From NCBI RefSeq assembly GCF_048593235.1, contig NC_133618.1, positions 505,319,675 through 505,383,674 of the forward strand: DNA of 64,000 nt. Direction: 5' to 3'. Both the position numbers and the translations under genes were made by a program. Source of the DNA: Sminthopsis crassicaudata (Eukaryota). Every line of letters starts with the position of its first letter. Positions within the stretch are counted from its first letter, which is position 1. The notes below the pieces were generated by a model. It did not search any database. It had not been told where the DNA came from and saw nothing but the letters and a program-made list of their open reading frames with translations. Shown here one piece after another: positions 13,876-27,370 of the stretch.

Positions 13876-13990
13876 GGAGCTAGGTGGTACAATCTACTGG
13901 CACTGGAGTCAAGAAGATCAGAGGTCAAATTTGGCCTCAGTCTAACTAGCTATAGACCCAGACAAGTCATTTAACCCTGTGTGCCTGTTA
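13876..13990 (+). mobile_element. Short CORE-SINE (WSINE1-like)
   Basis: GGGAGCTAGGTGGTACA...CAAGTCATTTAACCCTG. Confidence 0.6.
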
Positions 13991-15139
13991 AAAACAAAAT
14001 GAATTAAGCCAATAAACAACAAAAACAACAAAATTAAGAAAAAGTAACTAACTTCACTTGATGGTATTTGAAGTCTCTTTCAGCTCAGGTTTTTTGATTC
14101 TTTGAGTCAATTGAGTGCCGGCCATTCCCTGCAGTTAAACAGTGTCCTAATCTCCACTTTCCTCATCTGTTCCTGTTTCAGTCAGTTTTTATAAGAAATT
14201 TTGCATGGCTCACCCCAGAAGAGTCACAACAGTCAAGAGTCTGGGTTCAAGCCCTGACCTGCTGCTAACTTTCTATGTCACAAATCACCCATCTGCAAAA
14301 AGCAGCGTTGGAACTACCGAACAGATCACTGGCACTTTTCCAGCTGCCACTCTCTGGCCAAAGTTCCCTCGTCTCCCAATCTAAGCAAGCTTACACAACA
14401 AAATGGGATTGAGAGTGTTTCCTGAGAGCCACCGGCTTCTTGCTTCAGGCCCCAAGTGAGGTTACTGACAACACCAGAAAACACCAATCTCAGAAGGTCA
14501 CACCAGGTTTCTTCCTCTGACTTGGAAGGGTGTTTAAAGGAAGGGGCTTCAACACACAGCTGCAGGGCTGTTTTAAATATGGTCTGAAATGCTGATATTC
14601 TAGAATATTGAAACAGCTATAAGAAATGAAACTTCTTCCCAATTTTATAACTGTTTTACTCATGAAACAGCCCCAAAAGGTGCTGTTAACAGCTTACTTC
14701 AAGATTTCTAATGCTAAGTTATGTCAGCATCCAGACCTTATTCTCAAAGCAGCTCCCCTGCCATTCTCTCACCTGTAAGGACTCTCTATAGGCCAACGGT
14801 GATCAATTAGTGTCTAGCCAGAGTGAAGTCTGCTCTGTGTATTTTTAGGCACTCTGACAAAAGAGAATAGCAGCTTGTATAATTTTATGTTTTAGCACAT
14901 TACCGTGGGTTAGGAGGAAAAAAATGTTTATTTGACATCTAGCAATGTTTAACTCAAGATGTTGGCACAGGTTCCATGTTCCAGCACTTCTTTTAGGAGT
15001 ACCGGAAGAAAAAGACCATATGGTAAGCCCAAATTTAATGTAAAAAAAAAAATCTTGTTAAAAATCTAAAACTTGGAGACTTAAGCTGGATCTTATTTCA
15101 AAGATGACAAGTCTGGAAGCCATTCCAGGAAACCAGTAT

Positions 15140-15340
15140 GTTGTGGAGGGAAGAGATTAGGATTCAAAAACTTGCATGTGTGTTTTTTTTTCCTGTAAGT
15201 CCCAGGTCTGTCACTAACAAAGATATGTGTCTCTGGGCAAGTCACTATCTGTGCCCCAGTTACCTTATCTGTAAAATGGGAATAATTAAAACTACATGTC
15301 CTACCTATCTGACAGAGTGTGTGAGAATAAAATGAGACAT
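15140..15340 (+). mobile_element. MIR-type SINE
   Basis: GGGCAAGTCACT...CTTATCTGTAAAATGGGAATAAT...GAGAATAAAATGAGA. Confidence 0.75.
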
Positions 15341-16429
15341 AGTAATGAAGGTAAGAAGTCTTTGAGAAGTTTGATAATCATTTATTCGAGAATTTAATCA
15401 GAGACCGTATCAGTTCTGGTTCCAAGCAAGTAATTTTTCTTTAATAATTTGGATCTTCTGGCAATTAAACAAGGAAAGGCAATGAAATTTTGTGCTAATC
15501 TGGTATCTTTGACAGCATAGATGCTATCTTACTATTATAAAGTTAATTCCACTAAAAGAAGCCTGATATAGAAAAGGAAACTGAGTCATGGTCAAGGATG
15601 CTACAAGTTAGAAGGGACAGTGGAGCACTGTTAGAACATGGAACAAGGGAGACATAATGGGCATCATCTAAAGCCAGCCAATCAACAAGCATTTATTAGA
15701 TGTCTACAGAATGCCAGTTGCGGAGTAAAATATAAGAAGACCAAAAAGATGCTAAAAAGATGTCAAAGACAAAAAGATGCAAAAGATAATAAAGACAATG
15801 ACAAAACAGTCCCTGTTTTCGAGAAGCTTATATTCAATTAAAGGAGGAAACATAACTAGATATAGATAACATATTCACAAAATAAACTCAAGGAAATCTT
15901 GAAAGAGAATAGTAGCAGCTAGGGGCATCAGAAAAGAAATTAAATAGATGATGCTTAAGTGGGGGCAAGCTAGTCAGCCTAACTAAAGCAGCAAAACACC
16001 TTAAGGCACACATAGATGTTGACTTCGCCAGGCACTTTGCTCATCATCTTGCCTGAGACCCAAAGGGAAATATTTTAAAAACCCAACTCAAGAGCTTTGG
16101 GAACTACAGTTCTTCCCAAACTGAGTACAGTCAACTCCCACAGCCATTATTCAAGGAAGCAACTCCAGGAGAGAACAGGTCTGCCATTCTCACTAACTAC
16201 AAAATACGGGAGAAAGCAAGCTAGCCTAGCTGAACTAGCAAGGTACCTTGAGAGAGGGAGAAATAGGAAGCAGTTCATACAGGCAGGTCAAATTGTAATC
16301 AGCTACCACTCTATCTTAAGACTCCAATGGAAACCCTATACCTAAGAGCCTCTGGAGTAGGACTACCTGCAGACCATGGTCCTGTTTCTTATCTGGACCC
16401 CTGAGCTATTGAGGGAAGAAGTTACTGTG

Positions 16430-17290
16430 AAGAAGTGCTCAATAAATGCTTTTTCATTCATTCATTCACTGAAAGAAATGAAAGATTCTAAGAATTGGAA
16501 ATGAGAAGTATGTACATTACAAGTATGGGGGACACACCATGCAAAAGGGTACCCTGGGTATTAGGAATAGTAATTAGGCCAGTCTGGCCAGATTAAAAAT
16601 ACATGACAAACTCTTCATTTTATAGAAAAGGAATGGAGTATAGAGTGGTAAAATCCAGAGAAAACTGAATGGGAATAGATTTAGTTTTCGGTCTGGAATT
16701 AAGTAAATAAGCATCAATTAAACACTTACCAAGTACCTTCCCCTCTACTAAGTGCTGAAAAATGCAAAGAAAATGCAAAAAATGCTCTCAAGAAGCTCAC
16801 TAGGAAAGAAAACATGCAAACAACTATGTGCAAATAAGATATATAAAGGATAAATTGAAAATAATCTTAGAATGAAAGCATTATATCAATAAAGAGGAAA
16901 TCAAAAGAGACTTCTGGTAAAACTGAGACTCAAAGGAAGACGAAAGATGGAAATGATTTGGAAAACAACCAATGAAAATGCCCAGATGGAGTGTTTCGTG
17001 CAAGGTATAGCAAGGAGGTCAGTGTTTTTAAAACATAGAATACAAGTTGGAGAGGAAAGTATAAGAATATCAAAAAGGTAGAAGGTGTCAGATTATAATG
17101 AGCTTTAAAAAATTTAAAAAGTGTATATTTTTAAAAATTAGATCCTGACATTAATAGGAAACTACTGGAGTTTGTTGAATCAGGAGTGACATTGTCAGAC
17201 CTAACCTTTAGAAAGATCAATTCAACAGATGAATGGAGGGTGGATTGGAGTGAGGAGGAATTTTAGTTGGGTAAACCAACAAATAATTTC
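16430..17290 (-). mobile_element. L2 fragments
   Basis: AGCATCAATTAAACACTTAC tail and CAGGAGTGACATTGTCAGACC body motif. Confidence 0.7.
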
Positions 17291-19109
17291 AGCTTTAAGG
17301 TTATACAACTAACCTTACACCACTAACTTCTGTATTGTTTCCCTCTCTGAGTGCCATTTGATAGAAAACTGACTTGACTTACCTCAAAGAAGTGGATCAA
17401 GAAATGGTAATAAAGTATGTACAAGCATTACTGCAACAATAGAAATCACTATCCATCACCTCTTTGAGGAATTATCAACTGGGCATGTATGTGCCTGAGA
17501 AAACTGCATGTAAAGGGGAAAAAAAATACTTTGTTCTCCTAGGTTAAAGAAAACACCCACATTAGAAGGGTGGAGTCATTGAAAATGAAAGGGAATGATA
17601 GCTTTCCGGACAAGAGTGCAGGAGGATTATGGCATTCTGTGTGGTAGTGCTAGTTCTTCTTTGGAAGGCTGACTTTGGGGTGGGGCAGATTTTAGCTCAG
17701 ACTACAAATCTAAAGCAGTGCCAGATTACTCACCTCCTAATTGTTAAGGCTAAAGGACACCACAAAAAACTCAAGAGGCTATAGGGATTTTGATTTTAAT
17801 CAAAAACATTAATGCATCCCTCCCAAAGAGAGAATGTGGGCTAAACACAACATTCCATTGAAGATCAGCCCTGCTTCCAGGATGACCAGCAGGAAACCTT
17901 GAAGCAAAGAAATATTTGGAGGGGTGGTAGTGGGAGGTGAAATCCACCCCAAAGATACCAAACCAAGTTCCAGGGACCTAGTTAGCCAAGATAATTCACT
18001 TAACCCAAAACAGCTGCTTTATGGGGAGCAACACCCTTCATTATATAATTAAAATAGCTAATGTCCTGGGATGGAAAATGACACCTGTATTTCCTCATAA
18101 GCAATGCTGCAGGAGGAAGATAAAATTCAGAAAGCAGCTACTCAGCCAAAAGTGAGAAGCTGCAGAATATCAAGGGGTTTTTTTGCCCTGGATTTAGCCC
18201 TGGGCTCTCTTATCTTCTTGGTCTACATTCTTTCTTGGTAAACTCACCAATGAACACTTGTGAGTTCATTTACCAAAATTATACAAAGACTCCCAACTCT
18301 ACAAATCCAGTTTTTCTCTCCTGAGCTATAATCCAGTTATCACCAACTGATTTCTGGACATCTCCATCTGAACATCCTACAGATATTTCAAAATAGAATA
18401 CATGACCTTTCTGCTTAAAATCACAAATGCATTCCTCTTCCAAATTTCCATATTTATATTAAGGATTATTTCCCCCAATCATTCAATAATTCCTAACATT
18501 TCCTCTCTCACCCCATATTCAATAGGGCCCAATTAGGTCATAGAATCAAAAGCTGGACTTCCTTCTCCCTAATAAACTCAGAAGAGGAGATATAAGGGAA
18601 AAGTGGACTACACTGCCACAAAATGCTAAGTGCTAGGCTTCTGATCCATAACAAGAAATGGATCTCTGTACATAATATGAACTCAACAAATAACCTGGGG
18701 TAGATACAAAGGAAGGGATATTCTAGAGAACCCAGAAAGGGTACTGGATTTTAGTGAGTCGTGAGCCACTGGAGGCTCTTGATTTTAAACTTCTTCCACC
18801 AGCCAAAATAAGAATAACAAAACGAACTACTCAGTTTTAGAATACTTTACAATTTTAAAAGTGCTTTTCCTCTAAATAATCCTGAAATATAGGGAGAAAG
18901 CATTATCCTCATTTTACAACAGGGAAAACCAAGGCTCAGTCAGATAAAATGGCTTGCCTAGAATCATACAACTAGTAAGCAAAAGAGCACAGAAATGTTA
19001 GCATACTTTTCTCAACTACAGATTTAGAATTCTGTTCACTGTAGATTCTTAAAAATGTAACTGCTACTCTGCAAGAATGGAAACCAATTATGCCTGAGAC
19101 AGCAGAAGT

Positions 19110-19350
19110 ACGATCAAGGTAGAAGTTGCCAAAAAGTAAAATGAAGTTTGACCTAAGGAAAATCTTTCCAACAGAGTTATTCAAAACTGGAAATGGGCTG
19201 CTTTGAGATATAGTAGATTTCTGCTCACTGAGGGGGAAAGGGGCCTGCCTTCAAACAAAGGCTGGATGACCATGTGCCTCATATATCATATATGGCATTC
19301 TTGTCCAAGTGTGAGTTGGAACTACATAGTCCCCTGAGGTCTCCTCCAGT
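19110..19350 (+). mobile_element. L3/CR1 3' end
   Basis: TGGAAATGGGCTGCTTTGAG...GGCTGGATGACC...GAGGTCTCCTCCAGTTCTGAGATT. Confidence 0.65.
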
Positions 19351-19709
19351 TCTGAGATTTGTGATACTAACTGAACAAAAGTTTGCTGAGCATTTGCTGC
19401 ATGCAAGGATCTATGCTAAGTGAACAGGACAAGAAAGATGGAGAATACTCCAGGCTTGAAAGTAACTTTATAGTCTATCAGGTTTACTGGGTAAACATTT
19501 GTGGATTATGGAGGCACATAGTGAGAAAACTAAATGAATGCTCTGAAACCTTGAGGCAGTAATATTAAGGGTTAGACATACAAAGAAAAAGTAAAAACTG
19601 TCATTGAACTAAAGGAACTTACACATTAATGGAGGAGACACACAGTATAGAAATAGGTATCTTCAAGGTGCATATTCAGCAAATATAAGACAACCTTAGA
19701 AAAGACGGT

Positions 19710-20330
19710 ACTAGCAAAGAACTGGAAACTGAATGGATGTCCATCAGAGAATGGCTGAATAAATTATAGTATATGAATTTTATGGAATATTATTGTTCTA
19801 TAAGAAATGACCAGCAGGATGATTCAGAGAGGCCTGTAGAGACTTACATGAATGATACTGTGTGAAGTGAGTAGAGCCAAGAGAACATTGTATACAGCTA
19901 CAAGATTATATGATGATCAATTCTGATGGATGTGGTTCTTTTCAACACTGAGGTGATGCGAGTCAGTTCCAATAGTCTTGTGATGGAGAGAGCCATCCAC
20001 ACCCAGAGAAAGGACTGTAGAGACTGAGTGTAGATTACAATATAGTATTTTCACTTTTGTTGTTGTTTGCTTGCATTTTGTTTTTTTCCTCATTTTTTTC
20101 CTTTTTGATCCAATTGATTTGGGGGCAGCAAGATAATGGTGGAAATATGTATAGAAGTAATGTACATGTTTAACATATATTGAATTACTTGCCATTTAGG
20201 TGAGGGGATAGAGGGAAGAGAGGGAGAAAAAAAATTAAGAACACAAGATTTTGCAAGGGTGAATGTTGAAAACTATGTATGTGCTTTGAAAATAAAAAAC
20301 TTTATAAAAATAATTTTAAAAGAAAAGAAA
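19710..20330 (+). mobile_element. L1 3' UTR fragment
   Basis: GAAATGACCAGCAGGATGATTCAGAGAGGCC and later motifs match the L1 at 3100-3600. Confidence 0.9.
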
Positions 20331-20559
20331 AAGCTTTAAAAACTTTCAAAAAAACACTTTAAAAAAATAAAGTCAAATCTAAATAATTAGAAAATTATTA
20401 ATTGTTCATGGGTAGGCTGACCTAATAAATGAGAATTATACTTTTAAAAAAGAAGAAAAGAAAAGAAGGCACTAATAGCTGAAAGGACTGGGAATAGTGC
20501 ATGCAGAAGATGCAATTTAGTTTGAGGCTTGAAGAAGGAGCCATTCAATAACCCAAAGA

Positions 20560-21950
20560 TTCCAACTTCTGGAATAAGAATTCACTATTTGACAAAAAGT
20601 GTTAGGAAAACTAGAAAGCAATATGGCAGAAACTAAACATTGATCAACATCTCACACCATTTACAAAAATAAGGTCAAAATGGGTACATGATTTAGACAT
20701 AAAAAATATAAGCATAATAGAAAAGCAAGGAATAGTTTACCTGTCAAATGTATAAAGAAGGGAAGAATTTATGACTCAACAGGAGATAGAGAACTTATGA
20801 AATGTAAGATGGACAATTTTTATTATATTAAATTTAAAACAGGTTTTGCACAAATAAAGCCAATATAACCATGATTAGAAAAGAAGCAGAAAGATAGGAA
20901 AGAATTTTTATAGCCAATGTTTCTAATAAAGGCCTCATTTCTAAAATATATAGATAACAGAATATAAGTCATTCTCCAATTGATAAATAGTCAAAGGAGA
21001 TGAACAGTTTTTAGATGAAGAAATTAAAGCCATCCATAGTCATATTTTTTAAAATGCTCTAAATAATTATTGATCAGAGAAATGCAAATTAAACAACTCT
21101 GAGGTACCACCTTACATTTATCAGATTGACTAATAAGACAGAAAAGAAAATGATAAATGTAGGAAAGGATATAAAAAAAGTTGGAACACTAATGCATTGC
21201 TGGTGGAATTGTGAACTGATCCAACCATTCTGGAGAGCAATTTGGAACTATGCCCAAAGGGCTATAAAACTGTGCATACCATTTTATTTAGTAACATTAC
21301 TACTAGATTTCTATCCCAAAGAGACCATAAAAAATGGAAAAGGATCCACATGTATAAAAATGTTTATAGCAGCTCTCTTTGTGGCAGCAAACAACTAGAA
21401 GTTGAGGGTATGGCCACCAACTGAGTTATGACTAAACAAACTTTGGTATAAGAATATAATGGAATACTACTATTATATAAGAAATGATGAGCAGGTGGAT
21501 TTTAGAAAAACCTGAAAAGACTTATATGAACTGATGCTGAGTAAAGTGAACAGAACCAGGAGAACATGGTACCCAATAACAGCAACACTGTGCAGATGAT
21601 CAATTTTGATGATCAAAACAATCCCCAAAGAATTATGATGGAAAATACTACTATACCCATTCAGAGAAAGTATTCTGGAGTATGAATACAGGTTGAAAAA
21701 TAATTTTTGTTGTTGGTAGTGATGGGGTTTTTTCTACTGGTTTTTCCCTTTTGTTCTGATTCTTTCACAGCATGACTAATAAGTAAATGTTTAATATAAT
21801 TGTACATGTATAACCTTTGTTGGATTAATAATCATCTTAGAGAGGAAGGGAAGAAAGGGAGGAAGAAAAATTGGAACTCAAAATATTACAGAAATAAATG
21901 GTAAAAATAAAATTAAAAAAAATAAAAGGAGCCACAAATAAACAAACAAA
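20560..21950 (+). mobile_element. 5'-truncated L1 ORF2 and 3' UTR
   Basis: ORF 21126-21398 (GTLMHCWWNCELIQPFWRAIW...MFIAALFV) is the L1 ORF2 C-terminus. A-rich tail present. Confidence 0.92.
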
Positions 21951-22629
21951 TAAAAGAAGGGATATTGGGTGAGAGCATGTATTAAATTGATAACTATGTG
22001 ACTCCATTAAGAAGTGGAGTGAAGAAAAAGTCTTCTTGATGTGAAGAACAGCCAGTGCAAAGGCACAGAGATGAGAGATAGAATATCCTGTGTGAGGGCC
22101 ACCAAACAGACACAGATGGGTGAATTCTTTAATATGCAGAAGGCAATAATGTATAAGAAAGAGGTCAAATTGTGAATAGTTTTGATTTCCAAGCCAAGGG
22201 ATTATATCTTGTACTTAAGATATAAGTACAAGATTAAAACTTGGTGTGAACAGGACAAGTCATCAGACGTTCCCTCAAAAGAAGGAATGCATTTGCAATG
22301 TAATTTGTAATGAGAAATGGAACCCTAGAATAATTTCTTATTTTGCATTGTTATATATCTTTGTGAACTCTCAATATTAGGCAATGAAGAGGAATGACAA
22401 TGTCAGTCAAGTGCAAAGATATAAAAACATTAATTAGTAAATCTATGGATGGAGGTCAGCACTTGGACAGCTCAGGACTTGACATGTCTTGGTAAAATTG
22501 TTTTGCCAGGTCTCGCATACTAAATCTAACTATATTGACTAGGATAAAGAGCATTGTGCCCTAGTAGCGAGTATGAATTACTGAATTATTTTACATAAAA
22601 GTCATTTTTATCACAATAAAAGGGAGTTA

Positions 22630-25600
22630 CTAGAAATAAATCAGTCAAAAAGAATTTGTCAGGCATTTTACTGAAGAGCTGAATTTATAAAGAAAAGTAA
22701 AAACAAGTCCCTGCTTTAAGTTATATACCTACCCTCTAAATGGAATATAAGGTAATCACAGAGGAAAGGGATTGGAAAATAAGATGGGAAAGGTTTCCTA
22801 TAGAAAACTGATTTAAACTGAATCTGAAGAAAATCAGGGAAGCCATTTGGAGTAAGCAGGAAGATGGGCAATATTCCAGGTATGATTCAAGCATGGAATC
22901 AGGAAATAGAGGGTTTGTGTTCAAGGAACCAGCCAGGGGCCAGTGTAGTTAAATTACAAAATGTATAGAAGTAAATAATATGTAATAAGACTAAAAAGAG
23001 ACAGGCTGTGAAAATCTTCAAGTATTGAAGTCAAGTATTGACTTTATATGTCATACTGTGGGTAATAGGGAGCAATAGGAGTTTACTGAATGAGGAAAGG
23101 GAAAAGAGACATGGATATGTGCATTTTAGGAAAAATCACTGGCAGCTGGAATAAAAGATGAATTACAATGGGGACAGATTTCATGCAGGGAGTCCAATCA
23201 AAAGTCTATGGGAGTCATTCAGATAGGAGGTGATGGCTCAGAGCCTGTACTAAGCTGATGACTGAGTGGATAAAAGGAGACAGATATTAAAGATTTTTGG
23301 AGGTAAAAACAAACAAGATTTGACAACTGCTTTTGTATAAAATAAGTGAGAATGAGCAATGGAGGAGGAAACTACATTCATGAAAGCTTGGGTGTCATTG
23401 TTCAAAAGTAATAGAAAATAATAGCAAAGTTGAGAAGAGTACAGATTTTGGAGAAAAAAATTATGAGTTCTTTTTGGATGTGTTGATCTCCAATTCTGAT
23501 GGATGTGGCCATTTTCAACAATGAGATGAACCAAATCAGTTCCAACAGAGCAGTAATGAACTGAACCAGCTACACCCAGCAAAAGAACTCTAGGAGATGA
23601 TTATGAACCACTACATAAAATTTCCAATCCCTCTAATTTTGTCCACCTGCATTTTGGATTTTCTTCAGAGGCTAATTGTTCATTCAATTATTTGAATTTC
23701 TAAGTCTGATTCTTTTTGTACAGCAAAACAACTGTTTCATCATGTATACATTGTATGTCATGTATATATTGTATTTAATTTATACTCTAACATATTTAAC
23801 ATGTATTGGTCAACCTGCCATGGGGAGAGGGGAGGGAAGGAGGGGAAAAATTAGAACAAAAGGTTTGGCAATTGTCAATGTTGTAAAATTACCCATGCAT
23901 ATATCTGGTAAATAAAAACTATTTTTAAAAAACTTAAGATCTCTATGGAACACCCAAGATATCTAAAAGACAACAGTGATACAGAACTGGAGCTTAGGAG
24001 AGAGAGACAAAAACTGGATATATATAAATACAAGAATCATCTGCAGAGAGTTGGTTGAACCCATAGGAGCTAAGGAGATAATATAAAGAGAATAATATCA
24101 TTATAAATGCTACATAACAATATGTAATATTATATAATAATAATAATAATAGAAAGAGAATAAATATAATGAGCTAATGGAATAATATAAAGAGAAAAGA
24201 GAATGGATGAAGACAGAGCCTTAGGGGTCACCGATGCTATTCAGATAAAGATCCAGAAAAGGGGACTAAGAAGAAGTCAGAAAGGTAGAAGCACAACCAG
24301 GAAGATAATGTTATGGGAACCTAAAGAGAATAGAATAACCATGAAAAGAGGGTTATCAATAGTGTAAAAGACTGTACAGAGGTCAAGAAGAATAAGACTG
24401 AGGAAAACCCACTATATTTGGCAATTAGGATTATTAGTTACTTTAGAAAGAAGTTTCAGTTCAAGTTGGAAGCTAGAGTTTAGAAGAGAGAGCAGAAGAA
24501 GTGAAGGTACCTAGTAGAGATGGAATTATCAAGGAGTTTAACTAAGAAGAATAGAAGATATAAAGATGGATAAGTCTTTATGGCTCAAGTAAGGGTTTTT
24601 TAAGGATAGGAGAGGTAAGCAGTAGGCTAAAAGCAAAAAAAAAAATTATATATATATATAGGAAGAGATTTGGCATTTAGAAAGAGAATGGGGATAATCT
24701 GAGGGGAAATTTTGGATGGGATAGACTCAAGGAGAGACATAGACACAGACAAAGAGAGGAAAGAGATGGAGAGAGAGAATATGATCATAATTTTTGGTGT
24801 ATGACCATAATTTTTTTCAGGGAAATACAAAGTGAGATACTCAAATGACAAATTGGGAGAAAGTTGCCACAAGAGACTTAAGGAGGGATGAAAATGTTCA
24901 GAATAGCCACTATAGTGAATAGAATAGTGTCTCCATAGGGAGATATAAAAATGATTGCCTTGATGTAGTAAGAACCCAATTGAGATTATATAACATAAAT
25001 TCATAGTGAACACATTTGCTTTATGATTTTCTCTTTCTCCAAATAGCAGCAAAGGAGACAAATGGTCAAAGTAATCCAGGGTTGGGGTTTGACAAGGTAT
25101 GGTCTTCTGCTGAACAAAGGGACAGAGTATTTAAGGGTAAAGGTTAATGTAAAGTTTAGCTCGTTCCCACCCAAGAAGACAACATAGGAAAGAGAGAAAA
25201 ATACAGTCACTATAGGGATGATGACGTAGTAAAGAACTAAGAGATAGAGAGATTAAAGATCATGGTGAAGACAAAAAAAAAAAAAAAAAAAACAGGATTG
25301 GGGTCATGGGACATATATAAAAATGGAATGTTAAAAGGCTATAATATAATTAAGAAATTCTGTAGTTTATGAACTTGAAATTGGAACTTCCTTGGGCGAT
25401 AATTATAAGGGTATAATCATTTCTATATGTAGCTAACGTAGAAAAAAAGAAGTGGTTCATCAATATTGAGTAGATTGAGGAACTGAGACATTAGGGTATT
25501 TGAGGGAACATTGCTATGTATGTTGAATTGTGAGGGTAAGAATTGTGGCACAGATAAAGACTGTGATCCAGGAATTTAATTCATTGAGAGAAAAAAAGAG

Positions 25601-25900
25601 AATGCTACCAAGATCATGACTGGATGATAAACGAGGATAGTGTTAATATCAAAGAAGAAATTGCTCAATGATGGTGGTAGAGAGGAGCCCAGAAATAGCA
25701 ATGGGGAAAAAAGTTATTTTAGCTTTTTCATCTATTATACTCAGTGAATCAAAGGAAGATATGAAAATGCAACCAGAACTAGAAAAGGATAGCCAGAGAT
25801 GCAATGTGCTCAGGAGTGAGGCTAGAATAATCTTAAGGCCAAAAAATGGAAATAACAAGAAGAAAGGAAAAGACTAAAGGTGAAAGAGCAAGTTTATTCA
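22630..25900 (-). mobile_element. Long, degenerate L2 (endonuclease to 3' tail)
   Basis: Minus-strand SQFNIHSNVPSNTLMSQFLNLL (25533-25468, EN-like), LTLYFPEKN linker, and DP*GSVFIHSLFS (24230-24191, RT PQGS-like). Confidence 0.8.
23490..23930 (+). mobile_element. L1 3' UTR inserted into the L2
   Basis: CAATTCTGATGGATGTGGCC...GTAAATAAAAACTATT. GATCTC occurs on both sides and may be a TSD. Confidence 0.88.
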
Positions 25901-26184
25901 GAGAATGCAATGGTAACTTAGTTCTAGAAAGTCAGAGCAGACATTTCTAAAGGTCCTGTTTTAATAAACAAGGTAAGAATGGTTAGTCAGTCTAAAGCAG
26001 AACCTTCAGTTTACAATTTAATTATAATTTGCATATCAATAAATATTTTTGTATTAAGTTTATTCTCTTAAATAAATTATGTTTGTTTGTTTGTTTTACC
26101 CCAAAGAAAATGGGATAAACTTTAATCCAGGTCTTTCCATAAAAATCATAGGACTCAGAATTACCTCCTCATTTTGCGAATGCT

Positions 26185-26400
26185 TTAGAAAATCTAGATG
26201 GCACACGATAGGCAGGGCCTAAAGTCAAAATCTGAGTTCAAATCCAGTCTCAGATACTTACTAAATTCTGTGAACATAGGAAGTCCCTAAATCCTGTTTG
26301 TCTCAATTTCCTCATCTGTAAAGTTAGCTAGAGAAAGAAGTGGAAAACCACTTTTATATTTTTGTCAAGAAAACCCTAATATGGGATCATATGACTGGGA
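26185..26400 (+). mobile_element. CORE-SINE (MAR1-like)
   Basis: GAGTTCAAATCCAGTCTCAGATACTTACT...TTTCCTCATCTGTAAAG...GTCAAGAAAACCC. Confidence 0.75.
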
Positions 26401-27189
26401 TCAATATTCAGGACAGAAATGACAGAGAGAACTAGTGCTTTGTCCAAAGTCATTTTCAGAGAAGGATTTAAATCCAGTTCCTCTGGCTTCAAATTATTTT
26501 CTTTCCTTTGTATTATACTCCTTTCTTGATTATATTAAAAACCAAATGACTACAAATATAGAATTAATGAGATTTCATTGAATGTTTAGAAAATCTCAAA
26601 CAGCTCAGTTAGATTGTAAAGAGCAGGGTTGTCCATTCCTTACAAGGTCACAAATTGCTGGGGATTGGGAGGGAGAAAAAATGTGAATGATCACTTTTTA
26701 AAAACCTACTCTTATGCAAATAAATAGATGATGTTTTCATCCATTTATGAACAAGAAGTCTCCAGTTTCAATTTTGGGTGTATACTTAATGATCTCAACA
26801 TATCACTGCATATGTATAAATACCACTGAAAACATGTCAGTGCTGTAGGGGTTTTTCCATTTCCTATAATATCATACAGCTACCCAAATAAAATTTTAAG
26901 AATGACATGTGCCAAAGACACACTTCTGTTTTTCTTCTGGCTGATAAAACTTTCTTAAATCCCAAGTAGGAAAAGCCTTCAAATCTAGAATGTTCCCACC
27001 AAAAAAAGTTTCCCTGTACAGTGTTGATGATTTGGAACCTGCAAACCCCAACTATATTAACTAGCTTTGGGTTCATTCAACCAACACTACCAATATTACC
27101 TACATATATGGTACAGAATAAAAGCATAAACTCCCAGTCCTGGCACTGGCAACCTTCGCTGACCTGCCTTTAGCTTAGTTGTGTTTGCT

Positions 27190-27370
27190 TGGATTCAAGA
27201 AGTTATAGGTTCAAATTTTACCTCAGAAACTTACTAGTGTGTGATCCTACAGAAGTCACTTAAGCTCCCTCAGCCTCAATTTCATCATTTGTAAAATGGG
27301 CATAATAAAACCACCTTCCTTATAGGGCTGTAATGAACTTTGCAAACCTTAAAGTGTCATATAATGCCAG
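27190..27370 (+). mobile_element. MIR-type SINE
   Basis: GGTTCAAAT...AAGTCACTTAAGCTC...TTTGTAAAATGGG. Confidence 0.7.

Noticed and set aside
16096-16125. TTTGGGAACTACAGTTCTTCCCAAA as a ZNF143 site or hairpin
   Set aside because: Only a partial motif match with short arms and no promoter context.
24627-25061. 144-aa minus-strand ORF as a host gene
   Set aside because: It lies in the sense strand of the decayed L2 ORF2 and includes low-complexity sequence.
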